Assembly: GCF_988242995.1 (NCBI RefSeq)
Contig: NZ_OZ547043.1
Length of the DNA stretch: 64,000 bases
Strand: one strand, 5' to 3'
The position numbers and the translations under genes are program-made. Position 1 is the first letter of the stretch; every line of letters begins with the position of its first letter. The notes beneath the pieces are model-generated. The model was not told where the DNA came from, did not search any database, and saw only the letters and a list, made by a program, of their open reading frames with translations. Below are positions 51,701 through 60,651 of this stretch, piece after piece.

Positions 51701-54700
51701 AACTTGCCAGGGGGGTATCCGGGCTGGTTATCACGGTAAACATCACGGGTAATTTGTTGGATTCCAGGCTCGACTGATAGGCCTGAGCGTACACATTGGT
51801 TACCAGGCCTATAGAATCATCCTGCTTTACCGTAAACGTGGCTGTCCCGTCTGCACCTGTCACCGCATAAAGGGAGATTGATGGAGTATCCACTCTTGCC
51901 GACGTTCCCGCTGCGTTGATTACAGTGATAGTTCTGTTCGACAACTGTACATTCTGGCGATTTGTCGATCCTTCACGTTTGAGAATAAACGGAACATTTG
52001 GTACGACATTTCCCTGCGCATCTTTTGTCACCACGCGAATCACCGCGTCGTCACCTTTTTTCCGTTTTAGTGCGCTGAGGGTTTCGTCAACTTTGACAAA
52101 TTGTGTCGCATCGTTCGCTTCAACAATAATGTGGCTGGTCACCGCCACTGGGGTAGCCCGACAACTTAGCAGTCCTAGACTGCTTGACATGACCTCCGTT
52201 CCATCACCCGTTTTTAACGAAACCGCTTTAAAATTAAATGTTTGAGTGTAATAGGCAACAACCGTACTGGAGATATAGGCGCGTGATACAGGCCATCCCG
52301 TAACGTCATGTATTGGCACGTAACCTTCATCGGCATACAGTGACTCCAGCTCACTTTCAATCGGGACATATCCTGCACCGCAACCATTTACAGATGTGTT
52401 GTTCGACTGGTCCGGCGAGAACAGTGACCAGCTCTCTCCATCTTCCTGAAAAGAGCTTCGACTGGTTGTAACGGAAAGCTCATCTTGCAATAACGGTCTT
52501 TTATAAATAAGCCCGCCTGCACCGGTCATCGTTTCGGCCATATGCCCCCAGAATTTTGCTTTAGGGGTATCGGGGCTGGTTATCACCGTAAAGACCACCG
52601 GAAGCATTGATTTTACGTTATTATCTGTATCCAGCATGGCGGTCAGTTCGGTTTTTAAACCCGTGGTATTGTCCTGTTTCAGTGCAAGTGTTGTCGTACC
52701 ATCTGCGCCGGTAACGCCATAAATCAGTGCTGTTGTTGAGGAAAAATTACTCTGCGTGTTACCCCAGGCATCCGTCACGATGAGCGCGCCTGCTGTCACC
52801 GTTGTAGACGCATTTGCCCGATTGACGCTAAGGTTACGTTTAAGCGTAAACGCGGTATTTCCCACCGGGTTACCCTGCGAATCTTTAGTGGTCACGCGAA
52901 CCACGACTTCTTCCCCTTTTTTCGCTTTGACAACATTATTCGTACTGTCAAATTTCGCGGGGTCCGCAGCCTCAAGAACGATTTGGCTTGCCTTGACGAT
53001 CGGCGTCGTCTGGCAGGTAAGCAGTTCTTTTGTGGCCGATGGAATTATCGAACTGGTGCCTGAACTGAGATTGACGGCCTTGAAGTCACGCTGTTCCAGA
53101 CTACTGCTGCCTGTCGTGCTGGAAAGGTAACTTGAGGCGACGGGCCAGCCCTGAACCGTTTTCATCGCATTGCCGCGGTTGGCTTCATACAATGACTCCA
53201 GCCCGGCCTGGGAGGGAACATATTCACTACCACAACCATTAGAGGATGTGCTTGTCGCCTGAGTTTGGGTAAATTGCGCCCAGTCCTCATTATCTTCTGC
53301 AATCGCTGTTCGACCCGACGTACTGGATAACTCTTTCAACAATAATGGGCGTTTAAAGACCGTTCCATCCACAGCCGTCACCGTTTCAGGCATATGCCCC
53401 CACATTTTCGCCTTATCGCTGTCCGGGCTGGTGACAACGGTAAAAATGGTATCGAGGGTCGCTTTTTTCGTTGTGTCTGAATAGAGCGCGGCGGTCAGCG
53501 ACGTTTTTGTGCCATGGGTATCCGGGCGGGTAATAGTGAGAATTTTAGTGCCATCGCTGCCGGTCATCGCGCTGTATGCTGCGGCGGTATCATTGAGCGA
53601 AGTTTCATCCGCCAGGCCACTATTGATCACAACCGGCGCAACCAGCGCATCACCGCTACCGGCAATGTGTTTTTCGTTTGATCGGGTATAACCATCGCCA
53701 CGCTTCAGCGTAAAAGGCATATCACCCAATGGATTGCCCTGAGCATCTTTTACCGTCACCTTCACCTGTAGCGTTTCGCCTTTTTTCAGCTTCGCCGCAT
53801 TTGCTGCCGCGTTCCACTGCGCCGGGTCCACCACTTCCAGCGTAATGCTGCTGGCAGGATTGTTAGCCGTCGTCAGGCAACTGACATAAACCGCCGTGCT
53901 ACCGCCAATGGTCCGCGCGCCATCGTTGAGGGCTATGGTGTAGTAATGCGGCACCTGATCCGCGGGCGAACTGCTCCAGTAGGGCTGACGCTGCGTTGGC
54001 CAACCGTGTACCGTTTGAACGGCGTTACCGCTGTTAGCATCATAGAGCGCGTTAAGCTGGGAACGGCGTGGGAGCATATTGGCACCACAGCCACCTTTAC
54101 TGGTGCTGGAAGTGTTGGCCTGGCTAACGCGCGACCACACTTCGTTATTTTCCGTTAATGTGCCGTCCGGGCTGAACACTTCCGCAGCCAGCCGGGGTCG
54201 GGCAAAGGTTAATGCATCGACGGTAATCGTCTCATCCATATGACCCCACATCTGCGCGCCAACCGCATCCGGACTGGTGAGCGTAGTGAAAATCACATTG
54301 TAATTAACAGTATTGGGAATATAGGAGTTTACAGGCGCAATATTCAGCGGCGTCGCTAAGCCCACACCTTGCGGTTGCTTAATTTCCACAGTAGCAAAAC
54401 CCTGCGCATCCGTAGTACCTGCATAGACTAAAGACGGTTGCGATGTTCCGTAGAGCGTGCCATTCATCTCGATTGCGCCGCGGGTTGGATCATCGAAACC
54501 CGTGCTCTGCCCCTGACGATTTTTCCCCATATCTTTAGTGATGGTGAACGCGGTATACGGCACGGGCGCATTACTCAAGGCATTAAAGGTGCGTACCGTC
54601 ATGGTAATCGTTTCACCCACTTTAGCCTGCGCTCTGCTGCTTGTGGAAACATCATGATCGGTGGTCGCAGCAATCTGGGCGACCATCTCATTGCCCGAAC

Positions 54701-56834
54701 AAGAAAGGTAGTTTTGCTTAAAGCCGGAATAGGTGTCGATGTTGCCCGTGGCCAGGTTCACCGACGCGTGCGACGTCTCTTCCACCGCACTAAGATACGC
54801 TTTTTGCAACGTTGGCCAGCCATATTCGGTGCCGATGACATTGGCTGGATGTGCGGCAAACAAACTGTGCAATGAGCTTTGGCTCGGAATATGACCTAAA
54901 CCACACTCAGCCTGCATACTGCTATTCTGATCAAACAGCGCCCAGTCTTCGTTATTTTCCCGCACTGCTCCCAGTTCGTTGTCGGTTTCATCCGCCAGCC
55001 GTGGGCGTTTAAAGATATTATTCGCTTCAATAATGCCTAACATATGTCCCCACATCCGCGCTTTGTCGGAATCAGGGCTGGTGATCACCGTAAAAATAAC
55101 GTCTTTCTCATCCGAGGCGGTAAAATCACTGCGCATTTTCGCGGTGATGTGTGTTTTCACCCCCACGCCGCCTGGCTGGGTCAGCGTCAGAGAGGCCTCT
55201 CCGTTAGCATCAGTGATCCCTTCATAGGTATGGGCGTCAACTTTGCGAACGTTACTGCCACCATCAATTTGTACCGGGTGCGTCTCCCACGCAGCGTCAG
55301 TTTGATTCTTACGGTTAACACCGTCATCCAGATGCAGCGAAAAGTAGTAGTAAGCCAGCGGCTGATCGTTGTTCTTGCTATCGGTAATCGTCAGGCGTAA
55401 AGAAGCCTCTTCCCCCACCTTTACTTTCATCGCTTTTATCGTCGAATCATAACTGCCCGGCGTCAGTACCAGCTTCGGTTCAACATCGGGCGCTTCTTTA
55501 TCGACACAGCTCACAATAAACGTCGTATCGTCCGGTTTTTGCGCTTCGCTGCGGTTCGAAACATCCGCCGCATGGTGCTGGCCGCTCATCCCCGCCAGTG
55601 ATGACCAGTAGAAATTACCCTGCATCGGCCAACCAGCCACATCCTGCACTGACGTTGGCACCACCGTCGCCAGCGCACCGAAATGACGCATTCCGGGCAA
55701 AATGTCGCAATGTTTATCCGCGCCGCTCCAGGTAAAGGTGGACCAGGTTTCATTGTGATCGTTAACCGTACCGTCTTCATTATCGACTTCCGCCGCCAGT
55801 TTTGGTCGACTAAAAGTGTAATCACGGGCCTTCAGCGTATCGGGCATATGACCCCACATTGTAGCCTGCGGGACATCCGGGCTGGTGAGGACGGTAAAGA
55901 TCACTGCCGTTTCACTGGCCTGAGCAATACCCGCGAGGCTCGCGACCAACGGCGTTTTTACACCAGGGCCGTTGGCCTGGGTGACCGTAACCGTGGCAAC
56001 ACCATTCGCATCAGTAGTACCACGATATTCCGTCGCGGTGGTGGTTAATTCGGTCGTGCCCAGTTTTACCGGCGCAGTATTGTTCACCACACCCTGGCGG
56101 TTTTCAGCATCTTTGCGTTTGATAACAAAAGGAATATTCCCCACAACATTACCGACGCAATCTTTGGTGGTGACCGTTAACGTGATACTGCCGCCAACCG
56201 TCGTTTTCGCCGCACCGGAGGATTCGTCATAGCCCGCGGCGCTGACGGAAATAAGGTCACCCTGCGCGGGCGCAATCTTCAGCGTCACTTTCTGATCGGC
56301 GAGGGTCAGAACACTTTCATAGGGATAGCCCGTCGAGGTAAGTAGATATAACAGCGGCATGGTCTGCTGGGGGTCTGGCTGCGCCCAGGCGATCAGCGAA
56401 CGCCCGGCAAGGCCCTGTGCGCAAAATGAGCGATCTGCGACTGGCTGTGGGTCCAGTAAGGTGTCCGGCGTCGCGGCATCCGCCCAAACTAAAGATACTG
56501 TCGGTGGCGTTTGGTTTTCCCAACGTGGTGTGGCAATGATATCGCCTTCTCTGTCTTGCGGGTTGGTGACGAGCAATTTAGAGACGCTAACATCCGCGCT
56601 GAATTCACTCGGTTTAGCGGTAAACGCTACCTCATTCGTCTTTGCAGGATCCAGAAAGACACTGCCCTGGTAGACGGGTATGCTGGCACTGTCGGCGGTG
56701 GGCACGGTACCGTTAAATTCGCCGACCGTATCTGAAGAGTCTTGCCATGCAGATTCTGCCCATGACCACCCAGGCAGCATTGCGCTTATCAGCAATGCGC
56801 ATAACACAAGGATTTTATTCAGGGTCAGGGACAT
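48792..56834 (-). CDS. Giant (2680 aa) secreted Ig-like repeat protein, RatA/RatB-like; signal peptide followed by nine tandem ~280-aa modules
   Basis: Single uninterrupted ORF; N-terminal signal peptide [26 protein letters not shown]; nine copies of the motif FTV(I/V)TSPD...(M/F/Y)WGHM; GGAG RBS 9 nt upstream. Confidence 0.85.
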   Translation of the reverse strand: MSLTLNKILVLCALLISAMLPGWSWAESAWQDSSDTVGEFNGTVPTADSASIPVYQGSVFLDPAKTNEVAFTAKPSEFSADVSVSKLLVTNPQDREGDIIATPRWENQTPPTVSLVWADAATPDTLLDPQPVADRSFCAQGLAGRSLIAWAQPDPQQTMPLLYLLTSTGYPYESVLTLADQKVTLKIAPAQGDLISVSAAGYDESSGAAKTTVGGSITLTVTTKDCVGNVVGNIPFVIKRKDAENRQGVVNNTAPVKLGTTELTTTATEYRGTTDANGVATVTVTQANGPGVKTPLVASLAGIAQASETAVIFTVLTSPDVPQATMWGHMPDTLKARDYTFSRPKLAAEVDNEDGTVNDHNETWSTFTWSGADKHCDILPGMRHFGALATVVPTSVQDVAGWPMQGNFYWSSLAGMSGQHHAADVSNRSEAQKPDDTTFIVSCVDKEAPDVEPKLVLTPGSYDSTIKAMKVKVGEEASLRLTITDSKNNDQPLAYYYFSLHLDDGVNRKNQTDAAWETHPVQIDGGSNVRKVDAHTYEGITDANGEASLTLTQPGGVGVKTHITAKMRSDFTASDEKDVIFTVITSPDSDKARMWGHMLGIIEANNIFKRPRLADETDNELGAVRENNEDWALFDQNSSMQAECGLGHIPSQSSLHSLFAAHPANVIGTEYGWPTLQKAYLSAVEETSHASVNLATGNIDTYSGFKQNYLSCSGNEMVAQIAATTDHDVSTSSRAQAKVGETITMTVRTFNALSNAPVPYTAFTITKDMGKNRQGQSTGFDDPTRGAIEMNGTLYGTSQPSLVYAGTTDAQGFATVEIKQPQGVGLATPLNIAPVNSYIPNTVNYNVIFTTLTSPDAVGAQMWGHMDETITVDALTFARPRLAAEVFSPDGTLTENNEVWSRVSQANTSSTSKGGCGANMLPRRSQLNALYDANSGNAVQTVHGWPTQRQPYWSSSPADQVPHYYTIALNDGARTIGGSTAVYVSCLTTANNPASSITLEVVDPAQWNAAANAAKLKKGETLQVKVTVKDAQGNPLGDMPFTLKRGDGYTRSNEKHIAGSGDALVAPVVINSGLADETSLNDTAAAYSAMTGSDGTKILTITRPDTHGTKTSLTAALYSDTTKKATLDTIFTVVTSPDSDKAKMWGHMPETVTAVDGTVFKRPLLLKELSSTSGRTAIAEDNEDWAQFTQTQATSTSSNGCGSEYVPSQAGLESLYEANRGNAMKTVQGWPVASSYLSSTTGSSSLEQRDFKAVNLSSGTSSIIPSATKELLTCQTTPIVKASQIVLEAADPAKFDSTNNVVKAKKGEEVVVRVTTKDSQGNPVGNTAFTLKRNLSVNRANASTTVTAGALIVTDAWGNTQSNFSSTTALIYGVTGADGTTTLALKQDNTTGLKTELTAMLDTDNNVKSMLPVVFTVITSPDTPKAKFWGHMAETMTGAGGLIYKRPLLQDELSVTTSRSSFQEDGESWSLFSPDQSNNTSVNGCGAGYVPIESELESLYADEGYVPIHDVTGWPVSRAYISSTVVAYYTQTFNFKAVSLKTGDGTEVMSSSLGLLSCRATPVAVTSHIIVEANDATQFVKVDETLSALKRKKGDDAVIRVVTKDAQGNVVPNVPFILKREGSTNRQNVQLSNRTITVINAAGTSARVDTPSISLYAVTGADGTATFTVKQDDSIGLVTNVYAQAYQSSLESNKLPVMFTVITSPDTPLASYWGHMAETFTTRSGTAFKRPLLSAERSSGQSFIEDNEEWAVLRSATKGDIDKSGCDVHYQPLLSELQALYDEHPSRAIKTDLGIPVNSYWWAYDMVAYAGNWYDQYIYLLNGSSGRASSSTSALMLCLVNPHPEAASIEMTSTAEDATKTASNDGRPSATAKKGEVIPMTVTVRDSAGNPLPGASFNLKRGTALNRAKAAYDASADDLTIIPVEPTGVTSILYGDGTQALLKTGSDGKATFEVSQNSSYGLSTPLSAELMRDTSKSVTLDVIFTVITSPDSPKAKYWGHMPETFTSSAGVTFKRPLLAAEATTGSSVNGNNETWSYIYSTQKATADCSLEYQPRLSELQGLYDDHPNGALTKDLGLPIASGNWWIYELLNSNGSSWYYQVFNLSTGRVSSALSPVALMLCLAQPHSKPSSVTLTSIAFDETKTASNGGTPSASAKKGETIPLVVTVKDQNGNLLSGESVTLQRAQAKSRSGIRPSSSADDLIVDVVTPTATRISFAQDTAKWLGFTGSDGTVTFNVTQNATTGLATPFTVSLAQDPQITSNLDLIFTVVTSPDAQDADYWGHMPETVTAANGTVFERPKLWKELPSTSGVNKTNNNNEDWPYFSSTTKANASLSPCEEARQPLLSDMKSLYQRYPNNTLTTETGWSVYYYWWAQDKTTDGKNQSLNMKDGTTTLNGNAAYQACLVSARATVSSVTLTSTAFDAAIQAAKVKKGEAMPVTVTVKDSAGNTVPNVEFTLKRGDASPRNAGATLYGDVVAMDDLIVQPLSGSAVTLSESGNTISGMTGADGTASFTLRQDNTPGYKTPLTVTLANYASATDTLDAIFTVPTSPNVSSAHFWGHMADTVVVNGKSLHRPLLTTELPSGANPVSSPIINYENWASAHIIDASKWDIARQCGSIENAPTYNELELLHTVFNSLGWPSSPSFPYLSSQQCGMDEGTGAQDCSITLMNKPGLVTCFQ
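49000..56100. repeat. Nine diverged tandem DNA repeats (period ~800-855 bp) inside the giant gene
   Basis: Plus-strand core catatg(n)cccca (= WGHM codons) recurs at ~49148, 49983, 50832, 51686, 52539, 53391, 54237, 55041, 55846. Confidence 0.8.
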
Positions 56835-56881
56835 GACAGAAACTCCACCGGTTGTTAAACGGACGCTTGTCGCATCAACAT

Positions 56882-56910
56882 ATTTTGCTTAATCCGGGAT
56901 TAAGCAAAAT
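56882..56910. promoter_or_regulatory. 29-bp perfect palindrome between sinI-like gene and giant gene (candidate operator or RNA structure)
   Basis: ATTTTGCTTAATCC-G-GGATTAAGCAAAAT: 14-bp arms with a 1-nt centre. Confidence 0.5.
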
Positions 56911-56919
56911 ATGCGGAAA

Positions 56920-56943
56920 CAGCATTCCCTTGCGGGAATGCTG
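56920..56943 (-). terminator. Stem-loop 12 nt after sinI-like stop (candidate attenuator / partial terminator)
   Basis: 10-bp stem cagcattccc/gggaatgctg, 4-nt loop, followed on the mRNA strand by UUU. Confidence 0.45.
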
Positions 56944-56954
56944 CTGAGTACGCG

Positions 56955-57932
56955 TTATTTGTGTTTGTAAATAATGTGAAGTTTGTAACCCTGTACCCCG
57001 TCGCCGTTTGTCGGAATGGTAAGAGCCTCTTTACCATCGCGCGCAGGACCGTTAAGGTTGGTTCTGGCCTCGTCGTTGGTCGCAGGGATGGCCAGATTGT
57101 TATTATCGAAGCTTGAGTTAACGATACCACCCGAAGTGCCGAGCTGCTGGCTGCTGCCAGAAAGTACCCAACGGAAGTCATAATTGGCGGTAACGTCAGC
57201 ATCGGTACCCGCATCAAACTTGCCGTTTTTGTTCTCATCCGAGTAAAGTTTGGCCACGTAGGTTTTGCCAAGTTCGATTGGCGTGCTGCCGTTGATAAGG
57301 TTGATACTGGTACCATCAACAAAGATGGCGACTTTCAGGTTCTGGTTAACCACCGGCCCTGGCGCAACGTTATCGCTGTCGCTTCCGCCGCCGTCGGCAG
57401 TAGAAACGTCATAAAGATGCAGCGCAGTCCCGACGTTTGGCGTACCGGTCTGCGTGGTTGGCGTAATTTCAATACCGATATAACGACCACGGTCGTCATC
57501 GGTAAGAGTGTAACTGGTCACCTTCGTTGCCAGCTCTTTTGGATCGTTACCCTGAGCGTCCTTGTAGCTCATCCAGCGGATAGTATCGATAGTCTTTGCG
57601 TTATCGCCCAATCCCCCAAGATCCACGTCGCCTTCGGTATCACCAATTTCCCAACTTACGGTTAATTTATCACCCGAGTAAAGACGCTTGTCCGTTTCAC
57701 TACCTGTCGGGCGAGCGCCTTTTAGATCAGAAGTCAACGTTACATGGTCGGCATCTGTCGTAGCGCTTCCCCCTTCCGAATAGAGCCACGGAATGGTTCC
57801 CTGGAAAATATTGGTTTCGCCGCTTTCGACCCAGGCGCTTTCTTCCGCCAGCGCCACAGGTGCCACACAATAACCTGCCAATGCCAGCGCCAATGCGATC
57901 CGGGTCAGACCGCGTCTTTTATCCTGCTTCAT
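56955..57932 (-). CDS. sinI: SinI-like secreted protein (CS54-island sivI homolog)
   Basis: 325-aa ORF with signal peptide MKQDKRRGLTRIALALALAGYCVAPVALA; AGGAGA RBS; C-terminal ~110 aa resemble the C-terminus of the adjacent SinH-like protein. Confidence 0.8.
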   Translation of the reverse strand: MKQDKRRGLTRIALALALAGYCVAPVALAEESAWVESGETNIFQGTIPWLYSEGGSATTDADHVTLTSDLKGARPTGSETDKRLYSGDKLTVSWEIGDTEGDVDLGGLGDNAKTIDTIRWMSYKDAQGNDPKELATKVTSYTLTDDDRGRYIGIEITPTTQTGTPNVGTALHLYDVSTADGGGSDSDNVAPGPVVNQNLKVAIFVDGTSINLINGSTPIELGKTYVAKLYSDENKNGKFDAGTDADVTANYDFRWVLSGSSQQLGTSGGIVNSSFDNNNLAIPATNDEARTNLNGPARDGKEALTIPTNGDGVQGYKLHIIYKHK

Positions 57933-57986
57933 TGATGCTCTCCTTAATGAACCTTCAGCGACTGGCCGACTGGCCTTACGCCAATC

Positions 57987-60164
57987 TTATTTTTTGGTAT
58001 ACAGCACGCGTAAACCGTATCCCTGCAAGCCATCTCCCGCTTGTGCGCCATAGGTTTGCGCTGCTTCGCGGTTAGTGGCCGGAATCACAATGTCCTCATT
58101 GGAAGTGTTCGCCTGTGCACCCACTTCACCATTGATGCTCTTGCCGGTAAATTCCCACTTGTAGTCGTACTGCGCCATCTCTTCGTCAGTCAGTTTTTCG
58201 ACCTGCTGGAAGACACCGTCTTTATTGCTGTCACGCCACAAAACAAATCGATAAGTGTTGTTGAGCGGCAGCGGTTCTTTATCTTTACCTATCAGGTTGC
58301 TGGGTTTAGCTGCCCCCACACGATAGATAAATGCATTTAGCCCACCAATTTCTGCCCCGAGGAAAGTGACATCCACATAGTTACTGTCGTCGTAGGGCGC
58401 AGCTTTTGCTTTCCAGCGATAGGTGCCGGGTAAGGTACTGGAGAGGGTGACAGTGCCCTTTTCTTTATCTTGTTTAGCGATAAAAACGCAGGGGTTGTCG
58501 GTCGAGCAAGGCTTGTTGGTTAACGTCACTCGTTTGTCCTGCGCGTCGTAAAGCTGCGGCGTGAGGTTATCTTCCGGCAGCGCATCGCCATTGCGGTCGG
58601 TGTTATCGCCAAAGCTGTCGGTTACATCGAGATCCATCACCACACCATCAACGCCATCTGCCTGAGCGCTGGCTTCGTGGCTGTGGTTGTTCTCTTCCGG
58701 CACGTTCGCGATGTTATTAACAATCAACTCTATTTTACGGTCCTGCTGAACGGTGATTTCCACCACGCCAGAGTTCTGTCGGTTGCCCTTTTCATCTTCC
58801 AGTGCCAGACGTACTCGCCAGGTATTGAGTTTTTCTTGTTCGGCTTTGTCAGAGCTGTACTGCCAGGCGGGCAGCACCAGGTTCCAGTGGTTATTGTTAC
58901 CCTCTGTCAGGGTATTCTCTTTGATAACCGGCATAACCAACGTGCGGGCAGCATTGTTTTTCGCCTGCCATGACGCAGCGACAATTTTGTAGTGGTGGTT
59001 GATAAGCGCGTTAATGGTCCATTTACATTTTTCCAGCCCGACGGCCGCTTCGGGAGTGTCCTTAATGACGCACTCAGGGTGCTCGTTGGTGGCATCCGCT
59101 TTTAACCACAGGGTGACATCAAGCGGATCTTTTTCTTTGTATTCCAGAACAATAAAGTTATTACGCTCAACAAAATCATGACGACTGCCCATCAACGAGT
59201 GAGCCGCTTTCACTTTATCGCTATCCAATTGATCTTTTAGCGGAACGCCGAACTGATAATTAAGAGTGGCATTAATGCTGACATCGCTGTTATCTCCGGT
59301 CCCCGCTTTATAGTCCGCCCCAACGGTTAGTAATGGCACCGGTTGATAATTCAGTCCAAGTGTTACCGCGTAGGGATCTTTCTCCAAATTATCCGTACCA
59401 AAAAGGGCGACTTCATCGCCGTAATATTGCTCGAAGACAACTTTGCCCCCCAGTTGCGGATAAGAAGGTAACCAGGCTTCGGCACGAATATCCCAGCCGC
59501 GCGCAGGGCGTTCTTCATAAAAGTCGAAATCTTCAGAGTCTTTCCAGTCAGAAAGCGGATGATAATAGTTGCCAGAGAATTTTAAATAATCAGTCCACGC
59601 TTCGCCGCCTAAACCTAAACGGCGATGTCCTCGGGTAAAATCATAATCATAAAATATATTTCCGCCCAATAACCATTCATCAAAATTATGTCTTACCCCA
59701 AGACCAATATTCCCGATTGTACGATCTTCTTTTCGTTGCGCAGAAAATTGACTGAAATAAACAGTGGTTTGATTATCGTACCAGGGAACAAAATAATCGA
59801 TGGAACTACCATCCAGATCGCCGTCCTGGCCAATGGAGAGGTTCGAACGGACCTTACCGTAGGGAGAGAGTGTGTCTTCAATATAAGATTGTGCGGTTGA
59901 GGTGATTTGACTTTGCAGATAGCTTCTGGCCTGAGATTCCAGCGCCTCAGGGGTCAAGTTTTCAAACCCTTGCGTGGCGGAGTTGATGACGTAATCGGCT
60001 CCGCGCTCTTTCAGCGATTTACCCTTGTTGGTTTGTTCATCCTGCTGTGCTGCCTGGCTACCTAAATCAGGTAACGATTCGTTTTGCTTAACATTTATCT
60101 CTGGTGCCGCGAAAGCAGCACCAGAGATAAATGTTAGCATAATACAGCGTTTCCATCGCAGCAT
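57987..60164 (-). CDS. sinH: Intimin/invasin-family inverse autotransporter (type Ve), SinH-like
   Basis: ORF 57987..60194; start chosen at ATG 60164 giving signal peptide MLRWKRCIMLTFISGAAFA; beta-barrel translocator signature (GGNIFYDYDF...LGLGGEAWTDYLKFSGNYYH) followed by passenger domains. Confidence 0.85.
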   Translation of the reverse strand: MLRWKRCIMLTFISGAAFAAPEINVKQNESLPDLGSQAAQQDEQTNKGKSLKERGADYVINSATQGFENLTPEALESQARSYLQSQITSTAQSYIEDTLSPYGKVRSNLSIGQDGDLDGSSIDYFVPWYDNQTTVYFSQFSAQRKEDRTIGNIGLGVRHNFDEWLLGGNIFYDYDFTRGHRRLGLGGEAWTDYLKFSGNYYHPLSDWKDSEDFDFYEERPARGWDIRAEAWLPSYPQLGGKVVFEQYYGDEVALFGTDNLEKDPYAVTLGLNYQPVPLLTVGADYKAGTGDNSDVSINATLNYQFGVPLKDQLDSDKVKAAHSLMGSRHDFVERNNFIVLEYKEKDPLDVTLWLKADATNEHPECVIKDTPEAAVGLEKCKWTINALINHHYKIVAASWQAKNNAARTLVMPVIKENTLTEGNNNHWNLVLPAWQYSSDKAEQEKLNTWRVRLALEDEKGNRQNSGVVEITVQQDRKIELIVNNIANVPEENNHSHEASAQADGVDGVVMDLDVTDSFGDNTDRNGDALPEDNLTPQLYDAQDKRVTLTNKPCSTDNPCVFIAKQDKEKGTVTLSSTLPGTYRWKAKAAPYDDSNYVDVTFLGAEIGGLNAFIYRVGAAKPSNLIGKDKEPLPLNNTYRFVLWRDSNKDGVFQQVEKLTDEEMAQYDYKWEFTGKSINGEVGAQANTSNEDIVIPATNREAAQTYGAQAGDGLQGYGLRVLYTKK
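60089..60136. repeat. Perfect 19-bp inverted repeat (10-nt spacer) inside the sinH signal-peptide coding region
   Basis: taacatttatctctggtgc (60089-60107) ... gcaccagagataaatgtta (60118-60136); also creates a mirror-image ORF on the plus strand. Confidence 0.9.
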
Positions 60165-60194
60165 GCACTTTCCCTGTGACAATGATACAGTCAA

Positions 60195-60373
60195 AAATAA
60201 GCTTTAATATTGTATCCCTGATTATTCAGAAAGGCATGTCATAAAGAATAAATATATTCTTAATTATTTAAATTAGTGATTTCACTCAATTACATTAGTT
60301 ATTCCACTAATAACAGATTGTTTTACCATTCACATATTAAATATAAATGATAAAACAATATATTCACATGATA
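60195..60373 (-). promoter_or_regulatory. AT-rich promoter/leader region of the sinH-sinI-giant operon
   Basis: ~180 bp of strongly AT-rich non-coding DNA immediately upstream of sinH. Confidence 0.5.
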
Positions 60374-60589
60374 TTAAGCAATAACAAATTCAACGCGTTT
60401 TTTAGATATTAAATCGTGCCCATGTTGGCAGAAATAATCCACAGCACCACAAGCTTTTAACACTTGTAACGGCTGATGACACTCAGGGCAAAGTGCCTGG
60501 ACGGTAAAGTCTTTGTCGCAAGTTGCACAGTGGGCAGTCTCGCCATTGCGTTCGAGAGGGGTTTTGCAGGTTGGACAGTTGAGTGCCAT
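60374..60589 (-). CDS. yfgJ: Zinc-ribbon protein YfgJ (DUF1407)
   Basis: 71-aa ORF with two CPxC...C/H zinc-ribbon pairs (CPTCKT..CATCDK; CPECHQ..CQHGH). Confidence 0.88.
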   Translation of the reverse strand: MALNCPTCKTPLERNGETAHCATCDKDFTVQALCPECHQPLQVLKACGAVDYFCQHGHDLISKKRVEFVIA

Positions 60590-60651
60590 AAATACTCCTC
60601 GCGCGTTATTCGGTTTCCCTTTCCGTGTGGAAAGGGAAACCAGATAAGTGA

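Noticed and set aside
49152-56735. Numerous 60–145-aa plus-strand ORFs inside the giant gene
   Set aside because: All are antisense to one continuous 8-kb ORF with repeat structure and a signal peptide; they recur because of the repeats.
57933-57986. Tandem 8-mer cgactggc-cgactggc between sinH and sinI
   Set aside because: Too short to distinguish from chance; the AGGAGA RBS of sinI explains the spacer's function.
60025-60207. 60-aa plus-strand ORF whose product contains FISGAAKAAPEINV, mirroring the SinH signal peptide
   Set aside because: It is produced by the 19-bp inverted repeat in sinH and lies antisense within the sinH 5' end and promoter; no independent coding evidence.
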